From contig CBFFRP010000608.1 of assembly GCA_965644295.1 (NCBI GenBank), positions 1 through 64,000 on the forward strand: 64,000 bases of DNA, read 5' to 3'. Every line of letters starts with the position of its first letter. Position 1 is the first letter of the stretch. Positions 55,601 through 64,000 of this stretch are shown in pieces. The translations under genes were made by a program, and so were the position numbers. The notes below the pieces were generated by a model. It did not search any database. It had not been told where the DNA came from and saw only the letters and a list, made by a program, of their open reading frames with translations. Source of the DNA: Paraphysomonas bandaiensis (Eukaryota; Protista; Chrysophyceae).

Positions 55601-57410
55601 TTGTCGCCTGTAGCTCTTCATCACTCTTCCCAGGAAACGAGATTCTGGTAATCTTCGACTTTGCACAGGCTTTGCAGATACCCTTGGTTTTCTGAAGACT
55701 CTTCTTACTCAGATGAGATCTGTTAAGGCCACTCCCTGTGAACAACCGATGTTTGAAAGCTTCTAATAGCTTGCGCTTGCTGACATGCCCGCATCGTTTG
55801 TGAAGCAATTCCAGAGGGTCTTCATTTGTTTTATCCGATAGATGTACTTCTGCAGCTAAACTCGTCAAGTCAGGTAACTCCAACAAGTCCTTTAGATCAA
55901 CGAAGGGCATTCCATTATCTGAATACCTAGCTTCAAGAACAACTTCTGCATTATCCAATCGCACTATTTTTGGAGTCTCTAGCAGCTGAAGTCCATATCC
56001 AAGCGTACGAAGCATCCCTCCCGAACAAATATTCTTGACTGAGTCGGGGCATACCTTTAATTTTGTCCAGTCACCATAGTTGCCTGAGCCAGTATATCGT
56101 AAGCTGGATCCCGCTTTGGTTGTCTGAATGGCTCCTTCGTCTGCAACAAATGTCTGTAGAATATCACTGTTCTTGATGATGAAGAGTTGTTTCGACGCGC
56201 AGCTGTCTAGAAATACAATGTCTTCAGAAGTATGCAGCACCTCATCTGCAACATTCACTTCTAAGTTACTCGATTCATCATATAACAACATGTGCACAGA
56301 ATCATCCTCTTGCTCGTCTCTTTGAAGATAACGATTCCAGTCCGAGCTCTTTTTGATGGGCCTTTCCATCGTACCGTTTTTTTCGGAAAAATGTCGTTTT
56401 TTGTTAACAGAATCCTCCGCTTTCCTTGTTTTTCGAACTTGAGCTCGATGTCTGCATTCATGAGCTCGATGTCCAGATACGCCACACACAAAGCATCCAT
56501 CATCATCAGCGCCATTTTTTGACTTACTTCTTTTGGATTCTGATTGCTCTCTTCGATGCTTGTTTTTACCATTGCGCTTCATTTGGGAGATCTTCAAATC
56601 TTTCTTCTTCATCCAGCAGTTCTTCTGCGTGTGACCTCGTTTTCCACATTTAGAGTATGAGCATGTTACCTCTTGATCAGAAGAATTCCAATGTACTTCC
56701 GGTGCAGAAGACTCCTGTGGTAGACCCTTTGCCTGGTCGAAGCGCCTACAAATGGTGATCATCTCATTAAATGAAATATCACCTTTCAGGTAGATGTTTG
56801 TGTACAGCTGCTCCAGATCCTTCCTCGTTTCCAGCGCAGTCTGCAGCTTCGTTTTTTTGGATACGTCAGTTGGCGGCTCACCAAGTTCCGTCATTTTTTG
56901 GACAATTCCGTTCAGTCGATCAATGGCTGTACACACCAGCTCCCCCTGTAGAATTCTAAATGACGCAAACTGTTTATTCAGTTCCACCAATTCGTACTGG
57001 GTTTCCCCACGAAATCTAATAACCAATTTATTTACCAATTCACTTGCTAACATCTCCTTATCGGGATCATCAGGTGGAAGCATGTCCTTCTCTCGGAAGT
57101 ATTGATCAACAATCTCAAGCGCCTCCGCCACAGGTTGAACAGCTTCGAAGATGGAACTGATGCAGGTGTCTTTCCTCTCCAACCACTTGTCGAGGTCTTC
57201 CTTATACTTGTTTTTCACAGCTGTGGACGCATTGTCAGCAGGTCGATGCGGTCGCTCCTCCAACCCAAGATGGTTCCGATTCTTTCTCATGAGCCAAACT
57301 CTCAATCGCTTCGTCCAGTTCACAACACCGAACTGATCGAACTTCGGAAGGTGTTTCCATTCCGAACTACTTGCGGAACTACCGTCTGCTACCATGTCAA
57401 GGTTTGACAT
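52644..57410 (-). CDS. Copia Gag-Pol polyprotein (1588 aa)
   Basis: Two zinc knuckles (CSYSKCGKRGHTQKNC, CFVCGVSGHRAHEC), protease FLDSCAS, integrase HKRCGH..CKAC with D-D-E (VD, HADGG, SERR), RT KARLVALG/LDVSSAF/YVDD, RNase H TDADWAG/SEY/HIEIKYHWVRE. Confidence 0.97.
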   Translation of the reverse strand: MSNLDMVADGSSASSSEWKHLPKFDQFGVVNWTKRLRVWLMRKNRNHLGLEERPHRPADNASTAVKNKYKEDLDKWLERKDTCISSIFEAVQPVAEALEIVDQYFREKDMLPPDDPDKEMLASELVNKLVIRFRGETQYELVELNKQFASFRILQGELVCTAIDRLNGIVQKMTELGEPPTDVSKKTKLQTALETRKDLEQLYTNIYLKGDISFNEMITICRRFDQAKGLPQESSAPEVHWNSSDQEVTCSYSKCGKRGHTQKNCWMKKKDLKISQMKRNGKNKHRREQSESKRSKSKNGADDDGCFVCGVSGHRAHECRHRAQVRKTRKAEDSVNKKRHFSEKNGTMERPIKKSSDWNRYLQRDEQEDDSVHMLLYDESSNLEVNVADEVLHTSEDIVFLDSCASKQLFIIKNSDILQTFVADEGAIQTTKAGSSLRYTGSGNYGDWTKLKVCPDSVKNICSGGMLRTLGYGLQLLETPKIVRLDNAEVVLEARYSDNGMPFVDLKDLLELPDLTSLAAEVHLSDKTNEDPLELLHKRCGHVSKRKLLEAFKHRLFTGSGLNRSHLSKKSLQKTKGICKACAKSKITRISFPGKSDEELQATRFLEKVTVDIGVYFNCPSRQGYRYVLALTDVATKECWEFPLKTRTASEVLEHIRNWVEVLLPKYPGVHRLSVYHADGGAELIDKSIQEYLHSKFGTSITWSSTDSPEMNGVSERRFRTAGEMTLAMLSDAGFPVPFWWDAYVYASEIIRMMPTRTYRGWMSPMECVPGGSVPDLSSLRRWGCKAYVKTPRGDRRKNWQGKSQIGYFLGLSKKKRGYRIWLGESEVVSIHVLFDESIPPREKEYFEELEAALVKHDPQARQVEEFNHLIGSYHTDEGFLFRTTRVVVRKGLIVAYRALVTAGREQLEEKTPIHIADVVKLTQSYNLRRWHENPATRDDGAGGEERSMPAGGGTPKQSTADDSSGSEQTPCALPERSVSTSSRETSVCVPSSQTANPPAAISKRVRTQRVMTNVSTLGEINFLCGEDAVNMCKASDDSLITDPSDYREPESYEESLQCSDADKWKEARRLERNALFQREVFEVVETPPDARPLKSRYVYKRKYNKDGSIKKHKARLVALGYGQQSGVDVENTFAPVVKSISVRLILALALVFSMFVHQLDVSSAFCYADIEGDVYMNPTPDFQLPPGHCFKLKKSLYGLRSSPRSWWKTINKFIKSLGFRPCVLEPCLYHAVYKGHKVYLTIYVDDIVIACADLNIITEIKARFCERFDMTDMGAVEHFLNVRVTRGQDFIQLDQQTYAEKILLKFTDFLGPSSKIRKSPLPLDAMDRINQADSDLTPEEKEGVDNYPYRSLLGAMLYLSMNTRPDIAYAVGLLSRYASKPTRATCYLMTYLLQYVRGTVRKGIRFSSKHFDMHIFTDADWAGDVVSRRSTTGYIVFAAGGPLIWQSILQATVSTSSMQSEYQAMYAGMQELVWLRGVLDELGLRLREPTPFFLDSQSARDLALNPVFHKRSKHIEIKYHWVREHVDPDGLFNTAILYHVGTDDQTADIFTKSLCGVTFEKHRKRCLGEDRKSSVEVIREKTFKRRK
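57385..57394 (-). other. Primer binding site complementary to initiator tRNA-Met
   Basis: TGGTAGCAGA immediately after the 5' LTR; complementary to the UCUGCUACCA 3' end of many eukaryotic tRNA-iMet. Confidence 0.85.
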
Positions 57411-57713
57411 TATATGAGAAGTATTAACTTAACAACAGAAGGTAACTTATACTCAAAGCTGAGAATTATAAATTATAATCAATGTCTCTTATCATTCATC
57501 AATATCATGTTGTCTCCACTACCACTCATTTCTCGTACGACGATCTTACATCGTCACTACAACTTGCATCGTCACAATATTCCGTTTTACCGCTATGTGC
57601 TTATCGTCATTCATTCTCACAATACGATTAACAAGACTACAACTGTATAATACAGTAATTTAAATACCTTATAACTACAGCTTTCAATTGCTCTCATATA
57701 GCAGAACTCAACA
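57395..57713 (-). repeat. 5' LTR of Copia element
   Basis: Duplicate of 52182-52500; adjacent to the PBS. Confidence 0.97.
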
Positions 57714-59651
57714 TTCCTCCGTAGCACTAGTCAATGTTGAAGTATCCTCCTAAATCATTGTTCTCTGCATAGCCATAGCTGCACTTAGCTTATAGCTGAA
57801 CTATGAACCTCAACTTTAGGCTCTTCTTCCATAAAATGAATCAATATGAATCAATGAATATGTCTACAACTATAAACCTATCCACAAGCAACTTTCAAAA
57901 AGTATAGAAATTGCATCTTATTATCAATAATCAATATATACTACCTAAGATTCTATGGCCAACAGAATGAACATCATTCACATTCAATACCAATATATGA
58001 AGCGTAAGGCTGGAGAAGTTTATTGGAGAATTCTGTGTATGATATCCATGATCCAGTAATACGGTTGTACGTTACATATTCTATTATATGCTTATTGTAT
58101 ATTTAAGTGTACTTGGAGGTACGTATGCTATGAATCAACTACAATGAGAATACTGAGTGTATATTCCCTTTAAGTTATACATTGATGATGAGTTGGTATG
58201 ATATGCATGTATTTATATATTATTGCCTCATTCCGAGAGCGTACTCAAGTAAAATGCCAGAGTTGAATAAACTAAGTAACGCATAGATTCTTAATTAAAT
58301 TTCAGAGTATAAGCAAGCTCTATCTAGATCTACACTATATACTTAACCTATTTATTTATCTGCAGGTTAATAACGTGCCTGCATGACTAAATCCCAAGTA
58401 TCGAGGACTCACCTCCGTCCGTGTAATCGGCGTTACCCTCTAGTGAACTTGCCGAATATGAGGAGACAAAAGAGTCTACAGCTCAATATTCTATATGAAT
58501 CCAAAACAATACAATTTAGTTACAAGAGTGAATTGTGAGTGCAAAAGACAACTCAAAGACCTTGTCTCTTGACTACTGAAACACAATCAATTGCAAAGTA
58601 TTTTACGAGCAATTAAAGTAATTAATTACTATGACACAACAGAGTTTGAGAACTCCAGCTATGACTCACAGTTCGGTCTGATAACCAAGACTATGACTCG
58701 TGATGACACTAAACTACAATCGCTATATGGGTATCAAGGAAGTGAAACTAAAGAAGCGATATTATTACAAAAAAGAAAACTTTTGTTCAAATCAGCTATA
58801 CTCGAGTGATTGACTCCAGCACGCAAACACCACCGCGAGTGATGTCAGGTCGCTAGGTACCCAAGTAAGGTTAACATAAACAAACAGTGATTCACAACAG
58901 AAACATAATATATAAAAACAATTGTAGATTCGCACTCACACAACGTCATTCATGTCACACTGTCTTGCAACACACAACCACAACACAGGCTGTGTCATAC
59001 AGCAAGTGAGTCCAGTACCTTAGGCCCTTAGGCGCAAGGAGCTTCGTCAACGAGCGGCAAACGGCGTCCTGGGGATCCTACTGTGCATTGCGCTCCATTG
59101 AACACACATTAGCCTTATGGAGACAAGCAAGTCGTACACATATATCCACCAAAATCCATGGAGATTGAGGTCTCTGAATGTGCTTCTATCCATGACCAGT
59201 GCATGCAAGGCCCGTGTAATACTCTGATGTGTGGCTATAGAGGCATGCATGGCATGTCTCTGATATACATGTTCCTGCGGCACTGGGTTGTAAAGCTAAG
59301 AGTCATATTCAATACTAAAGAGCTGCAGACCGAGCACTGGTTCAGGTATGAGAGAAGTTTGAGGCCTTAGTCATATCGTGGAACTAGTTCTTTACTTTTG
59401 TGTTGCAATAAATAATACGAGTGATTATTGGTTGTCTGATGAATGCGTTTATAGTTATTCGCGCTTTCAATGCATTGTAGTCCTGTAGTTTCAGCATGTA
59501 GTAACGCACTACGGCCACGTAAGTGCCCGAGTTGTCATGTGGTCACTATACGTATTAATTTGGTTTAATTTCACGTAGAGAATGTTCTGTGGTTGAAAAG
59601 GAATACATCGTGATAACTAAACTTACATCAGAACAAGATCAGTGGGTATCA

Positions 59652-59766
59652 GTTTTGTATTTAGTATTTAGCAGATCATACACGACCAGAGCACGCCAAT
59701 GTAGGCGTACAGATATTCGAGAGCATAGACGAGATCTGGTCGTGTATGAAGTGCTAAATACAAAAC
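59652..59766. repeat. Intergenic inverted repeat / hairpin
   Basis: tcatacacgaccaga (59676-59690) pairs perfectly with tctggtcgtgtatga (59735-59749); gtatttagca/tgctaaatac and gttttgta/tacaaaac extend the stem. Confidence 0.8.
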
Positions 59767-60153
59767 CGCTCCGATTATACTGCGATATGGAAACGTTGAT
59801 CCCAAGACGCTTTAACTTTTCCTCAACGATAATTAAGTGATAAAATGAGCGACAGTCTCTAATGTATGCCCCCATCTTTCACATAGTTTTAACACCATTA
59901 CGAATCTCGATCCATACCAATTCAAGTATATATAAGTGTTGTGCATTTAATATTAGCTAGCAGTGTTATAGACGTACGAATTCTCAGAGTATACTAGGAA
60001 AAGATGATTGCAAATATACAATACTTTCCTTGAAACTCGTTGACAAAATACAGTAGTAAATAAAATTATTTACACCATTATATTCCGCTATACAGTCGAA
60101 ATCCCACGACGCCAGCAATAATTACAAACGCTATTACTAACACTATCATATTT

Positions 60154-63100
60154 TTACCACTCAACATCATCATCACTCGAATCAGATCCATTGGTTGTGT
60201 TCATTTTTCGAATTTGCTGTAGCTTCTTCTTGAAGCTCTTCATGGCATCCTCTTGGGAATGCTGCCTTGTGCGTGCTGGAACTGGGACTGGTTTCGAAAC
60301 TACCAGTGACTCAGCCCGATTTCCTGTATCGCGTTTAGGGATCGGCTTAGTGGTAATCCTCTTCTTTGCTTTCTCAGCTTCTTTTTTCCAGTCTTCATTT
60401 TCCTGCACAGATATCTTGTACATCGTTGAAAACTTTATGATGAGAGCAAAGAAGGTCTGCCAGGGGTCTTCATCAGTGGCTCCAGGGCTACAACCTAATA
60501 CAATCTCACCAAAATGTCCCTTGAGAGACGACACTGCGCGATCTGCTTCGTCAAACAGTAAACTAAGGTCTTTGTACGCTTCAGAAGCCGAAGTTATAAA
60601 CTGACCTACAACACAGATACTATTATAAGAAACAGATGAAGAAGTAGTCGCCAACACACCTAAGCGGTCAATGAGTGGGCCTTTGACAGACGGGCTCGAC
60701 AACTCCTCTGCGAATTCGATTTCCGCCATACAGTTATCAAGAGACAATTGTAAATCTTTCATCACCACCTCCAAGCTCTCACGGAATATCTTTGGCGCCA
60801 GCCACATTGATTTCCAGGAACTGTAGAACGGTGGCATATCAGGGTAGAGCATTGAGAGCTGCTCGATCACGAAGTGCAATAGTGTCCTTCTGCCTGGTCC
60901 TGTTTGTTTAACGTTTCTCACCTTTAGCAGAGTATCAAGGCGGTAGCCATGTGCTTGTCCACGTGTAGTAGCACCATTCATGTAATTACCAGCGGATAGG
61001 ATAGCGCCCATAACAGTTCGCAGGGAGCCCATACATGGTTCACCGGCTAACTCGGTGACGGACTGAATAATAATATTAAGCTGCTCAGATACCATCTCCG
61101 CTTGTTCAAACCAAGACAACATGATGCGCTGAGTTATTAAACGCTGCTCCAGTCTCTCAATATCCATGAACAAATAAAACAGCTTTCCGCAAAAATCGAG
61201 TTCATCAATTTCGCCATTGTAGGACCGTATAACATTCAACTCCTCGGTCGTCGGTACCAACAGATTAAGAATAGTGTCATTAACATCAGCAGTAAGCTCA
61301 TCTGGATCGAGTCCAATCACCAAGTCAAAGAGTTCCTCGGGGGTCTTCCGCAACTTACCACATGCTATAGCAACATTCTGGGTCCTACGGCTGTCGAAAA
61401 GGGACACTTTTTTGGTTGCGTTGCTACCACCTTTCACGGACGACCGTATATTAGCCCTTCTACGGCTAGTAACGACAGCAAACTGAGATTCCAGATCTGA
61501 CCACGACAACTCCGGTTCCTCCACTTCCTCCCATATTGTATTGTAAACATTTACCGGCTTTACCTTGCTCCAGAATAGTTGTTTCACCTTTTTGGTTGGA
61601 GTTTTAACCGGTTTCGGCGGAGGCATAGGTGGTAATGGAGGTGCCCGAGGAACAGGCCGGGAACTATCAGGAACCGCGAGAGGATACTTTCGACCCGCAA
61701 ATACGTCCTCTTCCTCAACAACTGGACGTGGTGCGTAGTTACTGACAACGTATGTGGTAATATCTTTCAGCGCTCCAAGGAGTTTACCCTCGTTGCGATG
61801 AACTTTCAATTCATACTGCAAAAAATTGGCTAGGTCAACTGCACTCATTGAAGGACCTGACGCAGACGTTCCCCCACCATTCACAAAATCTTCAACACTG
61901 GATGCATATATAGTAGCTACATCTTCCTTGGCAACCGACCTGTACAATGCCACCTGCTGCTCCAACTTCTTCCTCAGTTTCAGTAGTACTGATGCACTCA
62001 ACGTAGGAACAGGTGGACGACGAAAGGGCGCCCGGCGAAGAAACCTGCCTTTACGCACTGCAGTAAGAGCGACCAACCATTTGTGCTTTGTCGCAACTGT
62101 ATCAAAACATAAGTGCAGTTTTCCTCCATCAGCAATAACAATGGTAAAACAATTCTGAAGAAGAAAATTTATTTTAGATGTAAGGGTACTATAGTCCACA
62201 ATGTCGACAATGTCGTCTATTAAAATAGTTCCTAATCTCTTGCTTGCTGAATGTTGTGCAGTATATGTACTGCACTCTACTGAAGCATACCATGCCAAAC
62301 TGTTGTCTTCAATTTTGTACCACAGCCGCCTCGCAGCCACACTCTCTTTAAGCATTTCTGTGCGACTACCCTGAAAGGAGCTTCGTCTTCTGGACATAGC
62401 AGATTCAGATGCCCTCCTCTCGGTTAGAGATGACCGACGCAAGGATAATCTTCTCCCCACCTTACCTATCGACGTCATCGTGTTGTCTACGATCTTTCCG
62501 AGGTCATCTCCTGTCATCCACATTCCATCGGATTCACCTTCAACTTCATCCTTTTCCACAATTTCAATGGCGTAGCCTTCCATTTTGCCTTCATTTGGAT
62601 GCACCACGGCCAACAAGCCATCAGCAAGCCCTTCGCCCATGTCCTCATCGCATACCCACACCCCTGCTCTCAACTTCTGTGTGTATGACTCCGCCGTTGT
62701 ACATTCCCCGCAGTTACTTTCGAAGTCATCGACACCAGATGCTACACAGGGTGAATCCTCTAGAGGAGTTGGCTTCTGTGGACTTCGCATCCCACCCGTT
62801 TTCCTGTACTCCTTCAGCATTTCCGAACACGTTTTATCAAAATCTAAATCAAGCAATGTTCGACGCATAGCCATTCGTTGATCAATGTCTCGCTCATATA
62901 GCATAATAGAGTTTACCAACCCCAGAATGGCAGTCTGAAGCAGAAGGTTGCCTGATTTGAAAGCATTAACCAGAAGCGAAAAGAGTTTCTCTCCTCGAGA
63001 CCGAGCAAGTCGAGAGAGCCCCTGAATAACCTGCCACACGGCATCAGCGCCGCCAAATATTATGCATTCTGAGAGCAGATCTAAAGCCTCTAGGGCTAAA

Positions 63101-63984
63101 GATGGGTGTTCAAATCTCAGTGCATCTACAAAACTATCGACTGTACCCTTGGTGGCCATAACAAATACACGACATTCTGTTTCCATGATGATTCTAAAAC
63201 ATCGAAGAATTTGCTGAACGCTGCACATATCAACCTCATGCAAAGGATGCTGTTCAAATGATTTGTCCAAAATCGATGCAAGAATAGAAACGCCTCTAGT
63301 AGCACAAAAGCGATGAAGCCATTCGAAGTTTGCAGTGGCTTGTCTTATACGGTACCTCAAGATTAGTAGAAGGAAAGATGAGGCAGGATCATCAGAGCCC
63401 AGGCTGGCGATCAAATCTCTGTCTTCAGCAGAAAAGCAAATATCTTCATCCCACAGCGAAACACCTTTTACAATACGCGCCAGCTTATCAGTTGTCGTGA
63501 GCTCAACATCCAGGACTGCTTTGATATCATTAGGCACCTCAAGTAGCCTCAATAGATCATCGAAAACTCTATCGACCTCTGTGATAGTACCAGCATCCAG
63601 TTGCGCGTCTGTTTTACCCTCGACAGTCCCTACTAATCGTCGCACTACAGCCCGCGCAACTTTATCATGGAGGTACGGTAGTTCTTGAGCACTTGTTTCT
63701 TCCAGGGCCTCTATAAACGCCTTCTTCGATTTAAACCCCGTATAGTCAATGCTACGGTCCAAACAAAGCTGCGCAAGGTCAAGAATTCCCATCGTTCTCA
63801 AATCATGAGCATCATGGGGAGTTGTAGAAGGCTCATCCGGCTCTGAATCTGAATCAGAAACATGGGCAAAGAGTGAGGTCACTCCAGTGTTTGTCGGAAC
63901 AGTCTCAGTCTTGTTTTTAGTCGAGTCTCCCATGGTGGTCTCAGGAGAATCTGAACCAGATACACTACCGTCAGGAGTACTCAC
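60154..63984 (-). CDS. Formin (SAP-like N-terminus, GBD/FH3-like, PH, short FH1, FH2); start may lie beyond the window
   Basis: FH2 motifs KQLFWSKV..NTIW, SLFDSRRTQNVAI, ILSAGNYMNG..RGQAHGYRLDTLLKV, TLLHF; FH1 PPLPPMPPP; PH-like WYKIED..LAWY..LGTI...KWLVAL. Frame is open to base 64000; first ATG at 63933; probable 54-bp intron 60606-60659. Confidence 0.92.
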   Translation of the reverse strand: MSTPDGSVSGSDSPETTMGDSTKNKTETVPTNTGVTSLFAHVSDSDSEPDEPSTTPHDAHDLRTMGILDLAQLCLDRSIDYTGFKSKKAFIEALEETSAQELPYLHDKVARAVVRRLVGTVEGKTDAQLDAGTITEVDRVFDDLLRLLEVPNDIKAVLDVELTTTDKLARIVKGVSLWDEDICFSAEDRDLIASLGSDDPASSFLLLILRYRIRQATANFEWLHRFCATRGVSILASILDKSFEQHPLHEVDMCSVQQILRCFRIIMETECRVFVMATKGTVDSFVDALRFEHPSLALEALDLLSECIIFGGADAVWQVIQGLSRLARSRGEKLFSLLVNAFKSGNLLLQTAILGLVNSIMLYERDIDQRMAMRRTLLDLDFDKTCSEMLKEYRKTGGMRSPQKPTPLEDSPCVASGVDDFESNCGECTTAESYTQKLRAGVWVCDEDMGEGLADGLLAVVHPNEGKMEGYAIEIVEKDEVEGESDGMWMTGDDLGKIVDNTMTSIGKVGRRLSLRRSSLTERRASESAMSRRRSSFQGSRTEMLKESVAARRLWYKIEDNSLAWYASVECSTYTAQHSASKRLGTILIDDIVDIVDYSTLTSKINFLLQNCFTIVIADGGKLHLCFDTVATKHKWLVALTAVRKGRFLRRAPFRRPPVPTLSASVLLKLRKKLEQQVALYRSVAKEDVATIYASSVEDFVNGGGTSASGPSMSAVDLANFLQYELKVHRNEGKLLGALKDITTYVVSNYAPRPVVEEEDVFAGRKYPLAVPDSSRPVPRAPPLPPMPPPKPVKTPTKKVKQLFWSKVKPVNVYNTIWEEVEEPELSWSDLESQFAVVTSRRRANIRSSVKGGSNATKKVSLFDSRRTQNVAIACGKLRKTPEELFDLVIGLDPDELTADVNDTILNLLVPTTEELNVIRSYNGEIDELDFCGKLFYLFMDIERLEQRLITQRIMLSWFEQAEMVSEQLNIIIQSVTELAGEPCMGSLRTVMGAILSAGNYMNGATTRGQAHGYRLDTLLKVRNVKQTGPGRRTLLHFVIEQLSMLYPDMPPFYSSWKSMWLAPKIFRESLEVVMKDLQLSLDNCMAEIEFAEELSSPSVKGPLIDRLGVLATTSSSVSYNSICVVGQFITSASEAYKDLSLLFDEADRAVSSLKGHFGEIVLGCSPGATDEDPWQTFFALIIKFSTMYKISVQENEDWKKEAEKAKKRITTKPIPKRDTGNRAESLVVSKPVPVPARTRQHSQEDAMKSFKKKLQQIRKMNTTNGSDSSDDDVEW

Positions 63985-64000
63985 AAGAGACTGATAGTCG

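Larger units (their letters stand above)
52182..57713 (-). mobile_element. Intact Ty1/Copia LTR retrotransposon
   Basis: Two 319-bp TG...CA LTRs, 5-bp TSD TTCCT (52177-52181 and 57714-57718), PBS, PPT, and one gag-pol ORF in PR-IN-RT-RH order. Confidence 0.98.

Noticed and set aside
58380-59370. Short ORFs (58591-58809, 59158-59370) as a gene or transposon relic
   Set aside because: No recognisable motif or consistent splice model.

Overview
Eukaryotic nuclear DNA with short GT-AG introns (about 45-140 bp). It is probably a flagellated, plastid-bearing stramenopile such as a chrysophyte-like ochrophyte; this is inferred from IFT22, a pyrophosphatase with a bipartite plastid-type leader, and Pro-Ser/Thr-repeat surface proteins. 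Bases 1-22068 are the 3' part of one giant intronless gene: about 92 near-identical 144-bp (48-aa) Pro-periodic repeats followed by a polycystin-1-like REJ/EGF/GPS-like/multi-TM receptor. Four divergent gene pairs follow (cyclophilin-like/IFT22, PPIL1/ABCC, PPase/hypothetical, thioredoxin/hypothetical), each separated by an AA/TT-poor, GTAC/TACA-rich spacer. Also present: a FYVE-PIH1-like-PH gene, a C-type lectin membrane protein, an intact young Ty1/Copia element (319-bp LTRs, TTCCT TSD), a PH-domain formin, and a dispersed non-coding repeat family. The main unannotated structure is a ~1.06-kb decayed Crypton-like (tyrosine recombinase) element at 35246-36310. It has ~145-bp inverted arms, TATGG...CCATA ends abutting mirror-oriented (TATG)n/(CATA)n microsatellite, and two TGTGAAA-N7-TTTCACA dyad sites. 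All domain calls come from motif recognition by eye; no searches were run.
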